Source of the DNA: the human T2T-CHM13v2.0 reference genome, Homo sapiens
NCBI RefSeq assembly: GCF_009914755.1
Contig: NC_060925.1
Direction: 5' to 3' (one strand)
DNA length: 64,000 bases
Shown here piece by piece: positions 1-12,654 of this stretch. Position 1 is the stretch's first letter. Each line of letters starts with the position of its first letter. The notes beneath the pieces are model-generated. The model was not told the DNA's origin and searched no databases. It was given only the letters and a program-made list of their open reading frames with translations. Made by a program: the position numbers and the translations under genes.

Positions 1-529
1 GTTAGAAATTTCAGACTTAAATATATAATTATGGACCGTGATTCTAGTAAGCATACATATAATTGCATTCTAATCTACAGCCATACCACACAACTCCTCT
101 GCCTGCCCTCAAAAATGCCTTCTTACAGTTATGTGTCTCAGCATGCTTTATTTGCTATGTAGGCAACACTTCTTAATCCCATTCCCATGAGCCCTTCTGA
201 CTGAGATTAAGAATGGGGCAGGAAAAAATGTAGATATTTATTAAGGGTCTATGTTCAAAATATGGAGGCCAAAATAATGAGTGAAAAATAGTGTCCATTT
301 TCAAGGAGTAGATGGTCTAGTGATAAGACAGTCATCTATCCAAGTAAGTGCCCTACCAGTCGATAGATACATAAGGAAATATAAGTTTATAAGGAGCCAT
401 CTGTACAGAATTGATAAATTATGAGAAGCAGCCTCCGTTTGAGGAGGTGCCATAAAGGAAATCTTCATGAAAGAGTGAGTTATCCTATGAGTAAGCACAT
501 GATGGCAGATGAAGTGTTATACCATTCAC

Positions 530-700
530 TTATTTATCCATTAATTTCACCCATTTTATTTATTTATTCATTCATTTAACAAACATGTGTTCTCTATTGT
601 GTGTCAGATACAGTGACTAGAAAGATATAATTCCTTCTTTAAAGGAATCACAGTCTAATATACCTCACAATATGGAAACAGAGAGGATTTTCACCTAACA
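530..700 (-). mobile_element. L2 3' fragment
   Basis: TTCATTCATTTAACAAACAT... L2 tail signature followed by degenerate L2 body. Confidence 0.5.
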
Positions 701-1069
701 GCTCTTGGCATAGGTAGGAGAATGTTTTGAACAGGAAGTGAAGCAATAGTGAGATAAACAGAATTCCAGCATTATTACAAATATCATCTGTCTACCCATC
801 CATTTATTCTTTTGTCCATGTTAACATTTATTGTCTGTCATTATGCTAATTGTTGCATAAAAATACTCTACAAAACCCCAAGTTCGAGCTCAAATTTCAG
901 CTGCTCTATGAAACATTCAGGATCTAAAGGAAACCCTTCATGCCATATGAATTATTTTCTTTTTTAACAGTGTCAACCTCACTAGGATCTGCTGGCATAT
1001 GGTTCACATTATCATGAGTTAAGTCAAGATATATATGTTTTCATGTATCGTATTTATGTTATAATAGAA

Positions 1070-1240
1070 GAAGCAAAGGACTTTGGTGTTCAAAGAGATG
1101 GATTTCCATTCTCATTCCTGTATTTGCAGGCCCTTTCAGCTTGGGCAGGTGTCCCAGACTTAGTTTCCTTGTATGTAAAATGAAAAGAGCAAATGATATC
1201 GCACTGAGATGACTTGCAAACAGGAAATCATAGTGAAAAT
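1070..1240 (+). mobile_element. MIR
   Basis: Degenerate core ...TTGGGCAGGTG...CTTAGTTTCCTTGTATGTAAAATG. Confidence 0.55.
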
Positions 1241-1329
1241 GACAGTGGTTAGTGATTCTTTCCATTCAACTTCTGAGAGACTGTAAAAGTCTAATATTGC
1301 ATTTGAATACAATATAGACTTCATTGCTG

Positions 1330-1761
1330 TAAAAGAGAACATGAGTTTTGGGAAGAGTCCTATGTTAGAACTCAAAAGAACTACCCTGTAATCTTGGTTC
1401 CAAAACTGTTTGTTGTAATTTTCCTGAGCCACCATTTTCTCATCTGAAAAATCTGACCACAAACAGGCCAGGCACTGTGGCTCATGCCTGTATTCCTAGC
1501 ACTTTGGGAAGCCAAGGGAGGTAGAGTGCTTGAGCTCAGGAGTTTGAGACCAACCTGAGCAATATAGTCAAATCCTATCTCTACAAAAAATACAAAAAAA
1601 AAAAAAAAAAAAAATTAGCTGGGCTTGGTGGCACACACCTATAGTCCCAGCTACTTGAGGATCTGAAGTGGGAAGATCATTTGAGCCCAGGAAGTCAGGT
1701 TGCAGTGAGCCAAGATCACGCCACTGCACTCCAGCCTAGGTGACAAAGTGAGATCCTGTCT

Positions 1762-1797
<36 letters not shown>

Positions 1798-1890
1798 ACC
1801 ACAATCTTCCTTGGATTCGTAAGAGAATGTATGTGAAAATGCTTCATCAGTAATAAAGCTCTACAGAAATATATGGTGCTTTTATTATCT
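1330..1890 (+). mobile_element. MIR split by the AluJ at 1466
   Basis: TTTTCTCATCTGAAAAAT before the Alu; MIR 3' half (GTGAAAATGCTT...AATAAAGCTCTACAGAAAT) after it. Confidence 0.5.
1466..1793 (+). mobile_element. AluJ with expanded A-linker (A21) and A31 tail
   Basis: GGCCAGGCAC...; J-type CTTGAGCCCAGG and ...CCTGTCTC; degenerate TSD GACCACAA/AACCACAA. Confidence 0.9.
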
Positions 1891-3129
1891 TTTGACTGTG
1901 ATATATTAATTCTATTTAGCTTGGCTTCAACAAAATATACATTTTCTTTTTGTCTCAAATATTGTATAAATTCTATACAACCCTACAATTTCTAGAGAAT
2001 CTAACTGATGGGATTTGTTTTTGAAAGACTTGCTATAGAAAGCCTTTCTTCTTTCCTTTTTGCAAAGCTAAAGAATCTTGCATGATTTCCTTTCCCTGGG
2101 GATATTCTCCAGGGCATTCAATTTGGCAGGCTTCACTTTTCTTTTCAACTCTCTAACACCAAGTGTTGCAATTTGGCTTTCACTTTCTTCTACCCTAATT
2201 TCCATTTTCCTAAACATATTTTCCCTGGTGTTCTATTGAAGCGGTTATCATCACTGGTCACTCTCTGCAGCAACACAAACACATTTTTGACTAGTTCATC
2301 CTTTGGGTCTATAGCCTAGAGAGCTACTATTGAGACATCCTTCTCCTACACTTATCCAAAGCTCACAGTGAAATATGCTGTTCTCATTTTTGTTCTTCTT
2401 TTTAAACATTCCTTTCTAAAACTCAGATCTGTATCATTTAGAATGCAGTTTGCAGCTATTCCTGCAGGTAAGTTTTAAAAGCCACTATGGTTTTTGCATT
2501 AGATTAAACAGACTGCCTACAGAGCAATGCATTTGTGTAGCCGTCTCTGAACTCATCAAGAAAAACCTGAACTTCATGGGTTTTAATGGGAAATAATTAT
2601 TACAGTGGAACCTTGCTAATTCATGATAGTGATGGAGAGTCCTATATTAAATTGCCAAATTTCTCAGTGATAATTGAAGAAAAGTAAAGAGAATCTAAAG
2701 GAACTTAGCTGATATTTTCCCCGTTTTTCAGACTGCCTACTTGTTCTCAATGGGACATCAAATGCAGGCTCCTTATGGAAAACAAATGAACAAACAAAAA
2801 CACATTTAAATCTTAATTACTAAATACCTAATGGCTCTCCCAGCAGATGGTTATTGGGGAAAAGTTATGTAACACAAATATACTTTCATGAAAATACAAA
2901 ATAATATTTTACTGCATTTCAAAATATCATTTAATTGCCCTAAACTGAATACAAGCAGTATTTAGTTGAATATCAGCCCTATATTATTATTTTTGTGGTT
3001 TTTTAAAACCAAAAATTGTACCTAAATATAGCATTCCCCACCAATGCTGCTCCTATTTTCCAAGTCCCCATTATCTCATGCCTGGTTCCCTGTAACTCTT
3101 ACTAGAAGGTCGTTCCTCCCTGATTTTGG

Positions 3130-3975
3130 CTTTGTTCCCCATTGGTGTGTTATCAAATCAGCAGTGGAAGAAAATCCTGTTAAATCATATGTCCTATGTC
3201 ACTTGGTGTTCACCCTCCAATGGCTCCCCAATTCACTTAGAATACAAATCAAAAACTTCTGATGGCCTGCAAGGCCCTGTATGACTTCTTGATACCTTTT
3301 GCCCCCATTCTTTGACCTCCTACTTCTCTCTTTCTTCCTCACTCTGCTCCAGGACATTGGTCTCTCTGCTGTTTCCAGAACATTCTGAGCATGCTCCTGT
3401 CTCAGAGCCTGGGAACTTCCTCTTCTGTTGGTCTAGTATGTTCTTTCCTTAAACGCTGCATGGCTTGCTCTCTCACCACCTCTGTGCTTTACACAAAAGT
3501 TACTTTTTGAATCAATTGTCCTCTGACCATTCTCTCTAAAACACATCCTATTCCTCTTCCACTTCCTGGATTTACTTTTATTCATACTAATTTCTAGCAT
3601 CTAACCCAGAAGTCTGCAGACTTTTTCTGGACAGACACACACTGTAGAGTTTTGGTTGCAACTGCCTCTGGGTTTTGTAGCACTAAAGCAGCCATAGACA
3701 ATAAATAGGTAAATGAAAGAACATGACTGCGTTCCGATAAAAATGTGTTTACAAAAGCAAGCAGTAGGGTAGATTCGGCCTGCAGATTGAATTTGCTGCC
3801 CCTAGATCCAACATAGTATGCATTTTACTTATTTTACCTCCTGTCAGCTTCTTGCCACATTTGGGGATGTCAGCTCCGCTATCACAAGGGTTTTAGTTCA
3901 CTGTTTTATCACCACTGTCTATAACCATACCTGGAACACAGATGACACTCAACAAAATTGTATTTAATTGTTCAG
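3130..3975 (+). mobile_element. L2 3' region interrupted by MER58A
   Basis: CCTCCAATGGCTCCCCAATTCACTTAGAATACAAATC... through CCTGGAACACAGATGACACTCAACAAA. Confidence 0.7.
3607..3805 (+). mobile_element. MER58A (hAT-Charlie non-autonomous DNA transposon)
   Basis: AAAGCAGCCATAGACAATA...GTTCCGATAAAA...TTTGCTGCCCCT; degenerate 8-bp TSD ATCTAACC/ATCCAACA. Confidence 0.75.
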
Positions 3976-5254
3976 TAAAAGCTTTTTATTCATCCATCTA
4001 AATATCAAAGTAACTGTTCCTGAATGAGGACATTAGCATTAGAGAACCTCTCATTGCACCTCAGAGAGAGTGAGAACTTCTCTTGGAGAACAACCCAAGG
4101 ACCATCTGCCATACTCACAATGATTAATAAAAGAAGAAGAGCTGCCAACAGTCTATTTCCAGACCCCTACTGCTCTGCAAATTTTTGCAATATGACTGAG
4201 CATTCCATTCCAAATTCTGCGAATCCAGGTGATACGTGACCCTGTTATCCTTACAAATGCACCAAGAAGCTCATAGCTTTATGGTATATGTGTTCTTGTG
4301 TGACTGGTAGAGGGCAGTCAAAATTCTCATCATTTAAAAAAAAAAAAACAACTATTCACAAAGGGGGAGTTTGTAAGAGACAATATACGCTTGCTTGCTT
4401 GTTTTATAGCATTTCTGAGAACATAACTTTGCAAGTACCTTACAAGGTAGGAGAGATCATTTCACAGCAGAGCCATACTTTTTATTACTATCTCTTTACA
4501 GTGTGTTTTTCAGCAATCTATTCACAATCTTTGCCCAGTAAATCTTGTGAATCAGTTGATATTGTCCAAATACAGTGGGAGGTCATTTTTAGACCACTTT
4601 ATGTTTTGGGAAATTATAATTCAAAATTATTGTGTGTTTCATTAGAGTGACTCTGCAACTCCAAAGTCTAATAAAATTATGTTTGAAAAATCATTATATT
4701 AGAAGTCAGATTATCACAAAATACAATGATAGATAGTAAGACTTACCTTAAATTTACTGTGCAAAAAAAAAGTGAGCTTAGTTTGCTGGGGCTGATAAAT
4801 ACTAAAAGCAAAACAACATGAAGCTTAAATCACATTCTTAAGGAATTACAGAAGGATAAGTTTTAGAGTTAAAAAGTCTTTGGAGATTTAAATTACATCT
4901 CCTCTCTTATGTACAGATGAAAAAATAAATCCTTACCCAGAAAGGATAAGCAATTTCCCAAGTCATAAAGCATTTCTGTGGTTGGGAATAGTGAACATAT
5001 GAGCATGAAAAAATTGGAGTTTATTTTTATAGAATAGCACATCTACATAATCAAGTTAAAATAGTATAATTGGGTATCCAATGTAACCAACAGTGAGAAG
5101 AGGCCATTGAGATGACAATTACTAGTTTGCTAACGATTAAAAGCTAAGAAGTTACTCTCTTTTAACTACTGCTTATTTTCATCTCACCATAGGGAAAAAG
5201 TTATTACCTGTAAATGACAGAATATTTTATTGGATCTGTATATTGAGAATAGTG

Positions 5255-5465
5255 TTTCAGATCACAGTCTCTGGAGCTAGCAGCCTGGATTTGCATCACA
5301 TCTAATAACTGTATGATCTTGGGCAAGTTCCTTCATCTCTTTGTGACTCATATAAAATGACTCATATAAAATGATGACACCTACCTCCTGGAGTTGTCAT
5401 GAGAATTAAATGTAAAACACTTAGAAGAGTGACTGGCATACAGGAAACACCATACACTATTATTA
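5255..5465 (+). mobile_element. MIR
   Basis: CTCTGGAGCTAG...TGATCTTGGGCAAGTT...CCTACCTCCTGGAGTTGTCATGAGAATTAAATG. Confidence 0.7.
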
Positions 5466-6843
5466 CAATCTAAGAGAGGTGGACTGCACATCTCTTTGGA
5501 AGAGTTCAGGGTACTTCTGTACTTTTTCCCTAGGGGTAGTTTTGGTCCCTTCCATGGGCAAGGCTAGGAGATATTGAAATGCCTATATGCACTGCAAACA
5601 ACTAAGACTAGAATCAGATTCCTAGACCCAAAATGCAGTTGTCTTCAGACTTATTTCTTTCTCATGCAGCTTCTTCAACACCAAAGAATGCATGAGAAAT
5701 AAATCTGCATGCATCTCCAGCCTTGGGTTCATTAGCACAATTCAGTAAGTAATGAGAAAGGAATAACTTGTGCTAAGAAAGATGGCTAACCTTTATAAAT
5801 AAACTGATTATTCGCAAGCATAAAATGAAATTAATTTTGGATTATTACAGGGGAGACATGAGTAAACTACAGTTATTAGGAGCATAATGCAGTCACATTA
5901 ATTCAAGTTAGTGAGTAATTATCACTGTTTCCATTTTTCTTTTTAACCATTTAAGAGGTCTTACTCAACACAGTAGAACAGAATGAAACAGATTTCACTG
6001 TAAGAAAAGAAAAACCATGTATTTAGATGAGGTGGCCCCTGCCAGGAGACATTTAAAAAAAATCACACCATCTCTTCAAGGACATTATATACTTTTTGCA
6101 CACACAGGAGTGAAAATCTGAAGAAATGATTTCATTATGTGTGACAGAAGACACAATATTTCTTAATGTGTTAGAGAATTTGTTTACATTTTCTGTGTAT
6201 TTTTCCTAAATTATATGTAATCCATATTGTTTTTCTTTTCTTCCAATGTGAATAGTAATCATCTTTCTGAATGCTTATTATAGGGAGATCTTCCTATCAT
6301 TAAAAACAAACTCTTTAATCTTCACAACATGCTGGCAAGTTTATTAGAAGACGAAATTTGAACAAAAAGAAATTAAGGACATAACTAAAAAGGGTCAAAA
6401 AAGGGAAGTGAACCTAGGTTTTCTGACCCCATAGCTGACACTCCTAACACTTTTTCTTACAAAGCTGTTCTCAAGTTATCATCCCATTGCCATTTCTAAT
6501 AATGTCATCACTCGCCCATTTTCAAAAACATCATAAGATAACTACCTCACTCACTCCCTGTTTCCCTAGACATCTCTTACCCAAATCTGTTCTGGACTAT
6601 TAGATATTACAAAAACATCACAATTGCTTCCTGAGGTAAATCTTGGCATTGCCTATAAGTTCCTTTGCTCTGCATTTGTATTAAGGAGTTGGTGGCTTTC
6701 CTCTCCATTCTGTGTATTGTCTCTTACTCTAGATTTTATTGCATCAAAATTAATTTACTGATATATTTCTCTGGCTCTAAAGGAGGAGTATATATTTTCT
6801 AGTGCAATGCTGGGTACATCATATGCCATCAAAAATACATTTG

Positions 6844-7760
6844 AGGGCTAATATCCAGAGTTTACAAGGGACTTAAACAAATTTATAACAAAAAAACAAA
6901 CAACACCATTAAAAAGTGGGCAAAGGCATGAACAGACGATTCTCAAAAGAAGACATTCATGCAGCCAACACACATATGAAAAGAAGGTCAACGTCACTGA
7001 TCATTAGAAAAATGCATATCAAAACCACAATGAGATACTATCTCACACCAGTCAGAATGCTGATTATTAAAAAGTCAAGAAACAACAAATGCTGGCAAGG
7101 TTGCAAAGAAAAAGGAATGCTTTTACACTGTTGGTGGGAATGTAAATTAATTCAACCATTGTAGAAGAGAGTATGGTGATTCCTCAAGGACCTAGGAGCA
7201 GAAATACCATTCATTCCAGCCATCTCATGACTGCATATATACCCAAAGGAATATGAACCATTCTGTTATAAAGACACATGCATGCATATGTTCATTGCAG
7301 CATTATTCACAACAGCAAAGACATGGAATCACTCCAAATGCCCATCAATGATAGACTGGATAAAGAAAATTTGGTACATATACACCATGGAATACTATGC
7401 AGCCACGTAAAGGAACAAGATCATGTCCTCTGCAGGGACATGGATGGAGCTGGAAGCCATTATTATCAGCAAACTAATGCAGGAACAGAAGAAGAAACAC
7501 TACAGGTCCTCATATAAGTGGGAGATGACTGATGAGAACACATGGACATAGAAAGGGGAACAACACACACTGGGACCTATTGGGGGAGTTGTGGGAAGGA
7601 AGAACATCAGGAAGAATAGCTAATGGGTGCTGGGCTTAATACCTAGGTGATGGGTTGATCTGTGCCCCAAACCACCATGGCACATGTTTACCTATGTAAC
7701 AAAACTGCATATCCTGAACACGTACCCTGGAACTTTAAATAAAAGATGAAGAAAAAGAAA
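6844..7760 (+). mobile_element. 5'-truncated older L1PA (about L1PA11-13), ORF2 end plus 3'UTR
   Basis: Decayed ORF2 C-terminus (MNRRFSKEDI...CWWECKL); 3'UTR CATCAGGAAGAATAGCTAATG...GGCTTAATACCTAGGTGATGGG. Confidence 0.85.
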
Positions 7761-9269
7761 TATGTGAATACACAAGTAATTAGAAGCATTAATACTGGAC
7801 TTACTTCTCTTTGTTTCGATTACAGTTCCTACACACAGTTATTAAGTTTCAAAAGCAGATGGCTCCTCCTCATTTGGGAATAGACAGTACTAGTGTTCCT
7901 GAGCGCCTTAGGGAATATAATTTTGAGTGGTCTGGCAACCACCCAACGTGTTGATTATACATAATGAACAAGAGGACTGTCCCTTATTAATAGAATATTA
8001 AAATATCATTTCTTAACATTCACTAGGTGTTAATTAGTTTATACATGTTATCTTATTGAATCTTTCCACAACATTTTAAGTTGGTATTTTTTCATGCTTT
8101 ATAGATTTAAAAAAACTGAAACTCACCAAAGTAAGCAAATTGCCCAAAGTCACACATCAGAATTCATATACTATGTCACATCTCTGTGACTAGAAAATTT
8201 GTTTAGGTGGCAGTAAATTATATTTTCTCCCTTAGAGATGATGGGAAGTACTCATTGGTGAATTCCCCACATGGTTGTCAGGGGGCCGTCTTAGGGAGAG
8301 GTCGCCTGGGTCCACAGGTTTCATGGTACCACCTCTTGGTATCACTCATGCTAAGTGATCTGCAGTTGTTAAGACTGTACAGCTTATTCCACTGTGGAGC
8401 ACACAGGCATGCAGTTCTTGGTCACTGATGAACCCTGTAAGGAAGGTTTGTCCTGCTCCCTGCTTAATCTCAACAGACAATGTCCCATGATATGAATGGT
8501 CTAGCAGTGGCTAGAGTTTAAACTTAATAATAGCATGTGTAATTTACTGGCTTCACTGCAATCTGATTACACCTAAAAATTAGAAGGTCATCAGAGAAAA
8601 ACAAGAAAATAAATTTCTCTGTAAAAGAATTGTGACTAAAGTAATTTTTCCTGATACATTGATAAATGTTGTATAGTAGGTGAAAAGGTGGCAGATGGCA
8701 TTTTTTATATCCTTAATTTATTGACATTAAGGGCCCTGCAGCCTTCAAAGCACCTTCATCTGACAGAAATTAAACAAAATTCCAAAGAAAAGGGCAACAC
8801 AAGACAGGAGCTATTTCCAGGGCCAAAATAGAACAGGAACCACAACAATAAATAGAAAAATCCTTCCAATAAGCACACGGTAAATAAAACATCAAAAACA
8901 CAAACAGAAGAACTCAATTAAAGCAGAAAAGTTCTCAGTATTCCCCTGAAGGACATAAATATTATTATTCATTATTTATACAATGCTGTAGATGCACATG
9001 GCTTTATACAGCAAGTTGAATATCATATGAGAAACAAAAAACTGTCCTTTCAGGTTTCTGATTTAGGCACACATGAAGAAGAAAGGGAATGTATAGGCTA
9101 TTTTGAAAGAAGAGAGGTACACACTAAGAACAGTTCATTGAGGCAGTTTTTAGAGAGGACAGTTTCTAACAAGTTTTTCAATGAAAAGAAGTTCAAGGTG
9201 AGATCACATGCTGAATAAAATACAGAAATCAGTAGTAAGGATAAAATGATTAGAACTTCCCAGTGGCCT

Positions 9270-10060
9270 CCTGATTGCCATCTTATTTATTTAGCTATAA
9301 AGTAGATCATATCTGAAATATTTTCTTAGCCATACCTGAAGGTCTTCAGTAGAGCTTTTCTAACAATTGTGTAAGCATCTAATTCCCTGTATAAAAATCT
9401 ATTTGGTTAGGCACATGCACACGTATGTATATTGCAGCACTGTTCACAACAGTAAAGACTTGGAACCAACCAAAATGCCCATCAATGATAGACTTGATAA
9501 AGAAAATGCGGCACTTATACACCATGGAATACTACGCAGTCATAAAAAAGGATGAGTTCATGTCCTTTGCAGGGACATGGATGAGGCTGGAAATCATCAT
9601 TCTCAGCAAACTAATGCAGGAACAGAAAACCAAACACCGCCTGTTCTCACTCATAAGTGGGAGCTGAACAATGTGGGAGCTGAACAATAAGAACACATGG
9701 ACACAGGGAGGGGAACATCACACACTGGGGCCTGTCAGGGTGTGGAGGACTAGGGGAGGGATAGCATTAGGAGAAATACTTAATGTAGATGAAGGGTTGA
9801 TGGGTACAGCAAACTACCATGGAACATGTATACCTATCTAACAAACCTGCACGTTCTGCACATGTATCCCAGAACTTAAGTATATTAAAAAAGAGTAGAA
9901 TGCCATTGCATTCTATGAATATCATATTAATATTTTACATATGCTTTTCTTGTTTCCAATTTGTGTCTCACACATAGCAATAAAGAACTATCCTTGCTAA
10001 TAAAAAAATCTATTTGTATTTAAAATATCTTGAGTGGGTTCTGTTTCCTGTATTAAACAA
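9270..10060 (+). mobile_element. Old ERVL-type LTR 3' fragment (LTR33/LTR16-like) split by the L1 insertion
   Basis: TGTAAGCATCTAATTCCCTGTATAAAAATCTATTTG joined to TATTTAAAATATCTTGAGTGGGTTCTGTTTCCTG resembles an LTR U5 end; family assignment is from memory. Confidence 0.45.
9406..10003 (+). mobile_element. 5'-truncated L1PA7/8-like element (about 9408-9892) with a ~105-bp 3' transduction
   Basis: ORF2 end ...HRLFSLISGS and L1PA7/8-type 3'UTR; unique tail with AATAAA (9979-9984) and A-remnant; TSD AAAAATCTATTTG at 9393-9405 and 10004-10016. Confidence 0.85.
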
Positions 10061-11207
10061 AGACATATACATCTTAGACATGTCTTATGAATAACATTAT
10101 TATAGTCCATTGTTCTTCTGTGTTGATTATGTTATTTTCAAACTGCCAACATTTAAAGTATACTATAATTTTCCCAATTCTGGTTTGAAATACCTTTCCT
10201 TTCAACTATATAAACAAACACAAAAAAAGCCTGTAACAAAAGACACCTTTCCCTTTACTTAAAGGAAATAATAATGAGGAAAGAAAAAAGGCAAGTAAAA
10301 TGTCCATAGAACTCTTTCTTGGGTTACAAAAAAACTACTTGAATAATTTAAAAATCTCTAATTGAATAATTACAACTAAGAAACACAAGAAGAACAGTAA
10401 AATATCTCCTAAGTAGACCATTAGCAATTTAGCAAAAGAAATTCTGGTTTCAGAGGAAGTATTGGAATTGTTTTTGACATAATGTTCCATAACATATCAT
10501 ATTAATCCATTATAATGTCAGTAAGAATAGGCTAATCAAATAATAATGAAGACCAGACACTTTCCCAACCATTTAATTCTTTCAGCATTTCAATATTCAA
10601 AAAATGATAAAAGGCAATAGCTATTTTGAATAATGTAAACTGTACTTTAAATAATGACGTAAATATCTGACCTTACAAAGTTTTTCACATTTTAATTAAA
10701 ATGACTGTGATATTAAATTGTTTCAGCAAAAATTTTTCCCAATATTTTGATCCTTTAAATATGCCACTGTGTAGTAATTCCATCAACATTACTGGTAGTT
10801 ATAGATTCTGAGAGGACAGGGTAACTTTTATGTTTAGCTTGTAGTTGGTTTTATGGTCAGTAAATAATATTTATAAGGGAAAACCTAGCATATCTTAACA
10901 GCTGTTGTATGTTTTATAAATAAACGTGGTAAGAAGTGATAGTATAATGTGACGCTCTCTGAATGCAGTGTCAGAAGATAAGAAAGGTTCTACATCAAAA
11001 GCTATGAATTTATTAAGTTACCTAACCTCTCCAAACTGCAGTTTTTATCTCTGAAAAGTGGGAATGTCCCTACTTCCTTTTTGTTATTGTGATTAAATGC
11101 AACAGTGTAGAAGAAAGTCATTTGTGAGGCATAAAGATTATCATATAAGTACGAATATTATTGTGCCTTTGAAAGGGAAAATACTGAAAAGAAAGATACA
11201 TTATCCT

Positions 11208-11612
<405 letters not shown>

Positions 11613-12558
11613 TTACATTACAGAAATAAATACTAAAAAGATATTTAACAGTTGTCTTACAATATTTAAAAATTTGGTCAAATTGATTAAGGGGTAAGCT
11701 TCTCTTTTGGTGTTTGAGAGACTGATATGTCAACTAAGACTGTTATGATTAGAATTGCCGTACTATGAAATAGACTCCTGACCAAAATCATATACAAAAT
11801 TTTAAAATTTGACCAATATCAGAAATGTAAAAAATCCAAAATATTGTATCATGTTTATTATTAATTAACTGGCTCAACCACCTCTACAATATTTATTTTC
11901 TATGAAGTAACTAGGTATTCTTTGCCTCTTAACATGATAGTTACTTCATAATGTCATTTTCTATAGAAAGAATATAAAGATTATGTTCCCTTTTCTCTTA
12001 GCAACACTGTTCAAATTTAATTTTATTATTGTTAGTTTTGGAAATATATTACAGCACACCAATTCATCATTGATTTTGTCCAGAAACTATTTTAGGATTA
12101 TTATCAATTTTGGAAAAAGCTGTATTAATTTTCTATCAGATATGACCTGTTTGATATCAAGTCTTTGCTCTTTGAATTGAGGACACCATTAAACACTTTT
12201 TGGTCAATGTCTTCCTTTTAGTGGCACATACACGTTTTATATAATCTTTGTCAATGTCAGTATACCATGTCTAATCAGCAAGAAATATAAATCTCTCCAG
12301 CGTGTTTTTTAAATCTGCTACTCCTCATTACTTAGCACAATATTCCTGGAAAATATTCTCATGGCAATAACTGAAAGTAACTACAATACATGGAAACAAA
12401 TGAATTACATTTAAAAATCCCACTAAATCTCAATCAAATGAATTCCCAAATCAATTTCCTTTTAAGTGGCCATTCCAATGTCTTCTAACACAAGGGAAAT
12501 CATAGAAAGAAATAGCCATCTTAAACAAATGAGTTAACATACCTTACCTTAAATTAAA

Positions 12559-12572
12559 TAGATAGATGATAG

Positions 12573-12604
<32 letters not shown>

Positions 12605-12654
12605 CAGAATACATACATACATACATACATACATACATACATACATACATACAT
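12559..12654. repeat. Compound tetranucleotide STR (TAGA)7 CAGAA (TACA)11
   Basis: Direct reading: TAGA x7 at 12577-12604, TACA x11 at 12610-12653, degenerate TAGA units upstream. Confidence 0.95.

Noticed and set aside
6916-9667. ORF2-like peptides at 6916, 7278, 9367 and 9425
   Set aside because: Decayed fragments of truncated L1s with stops and no promoter.
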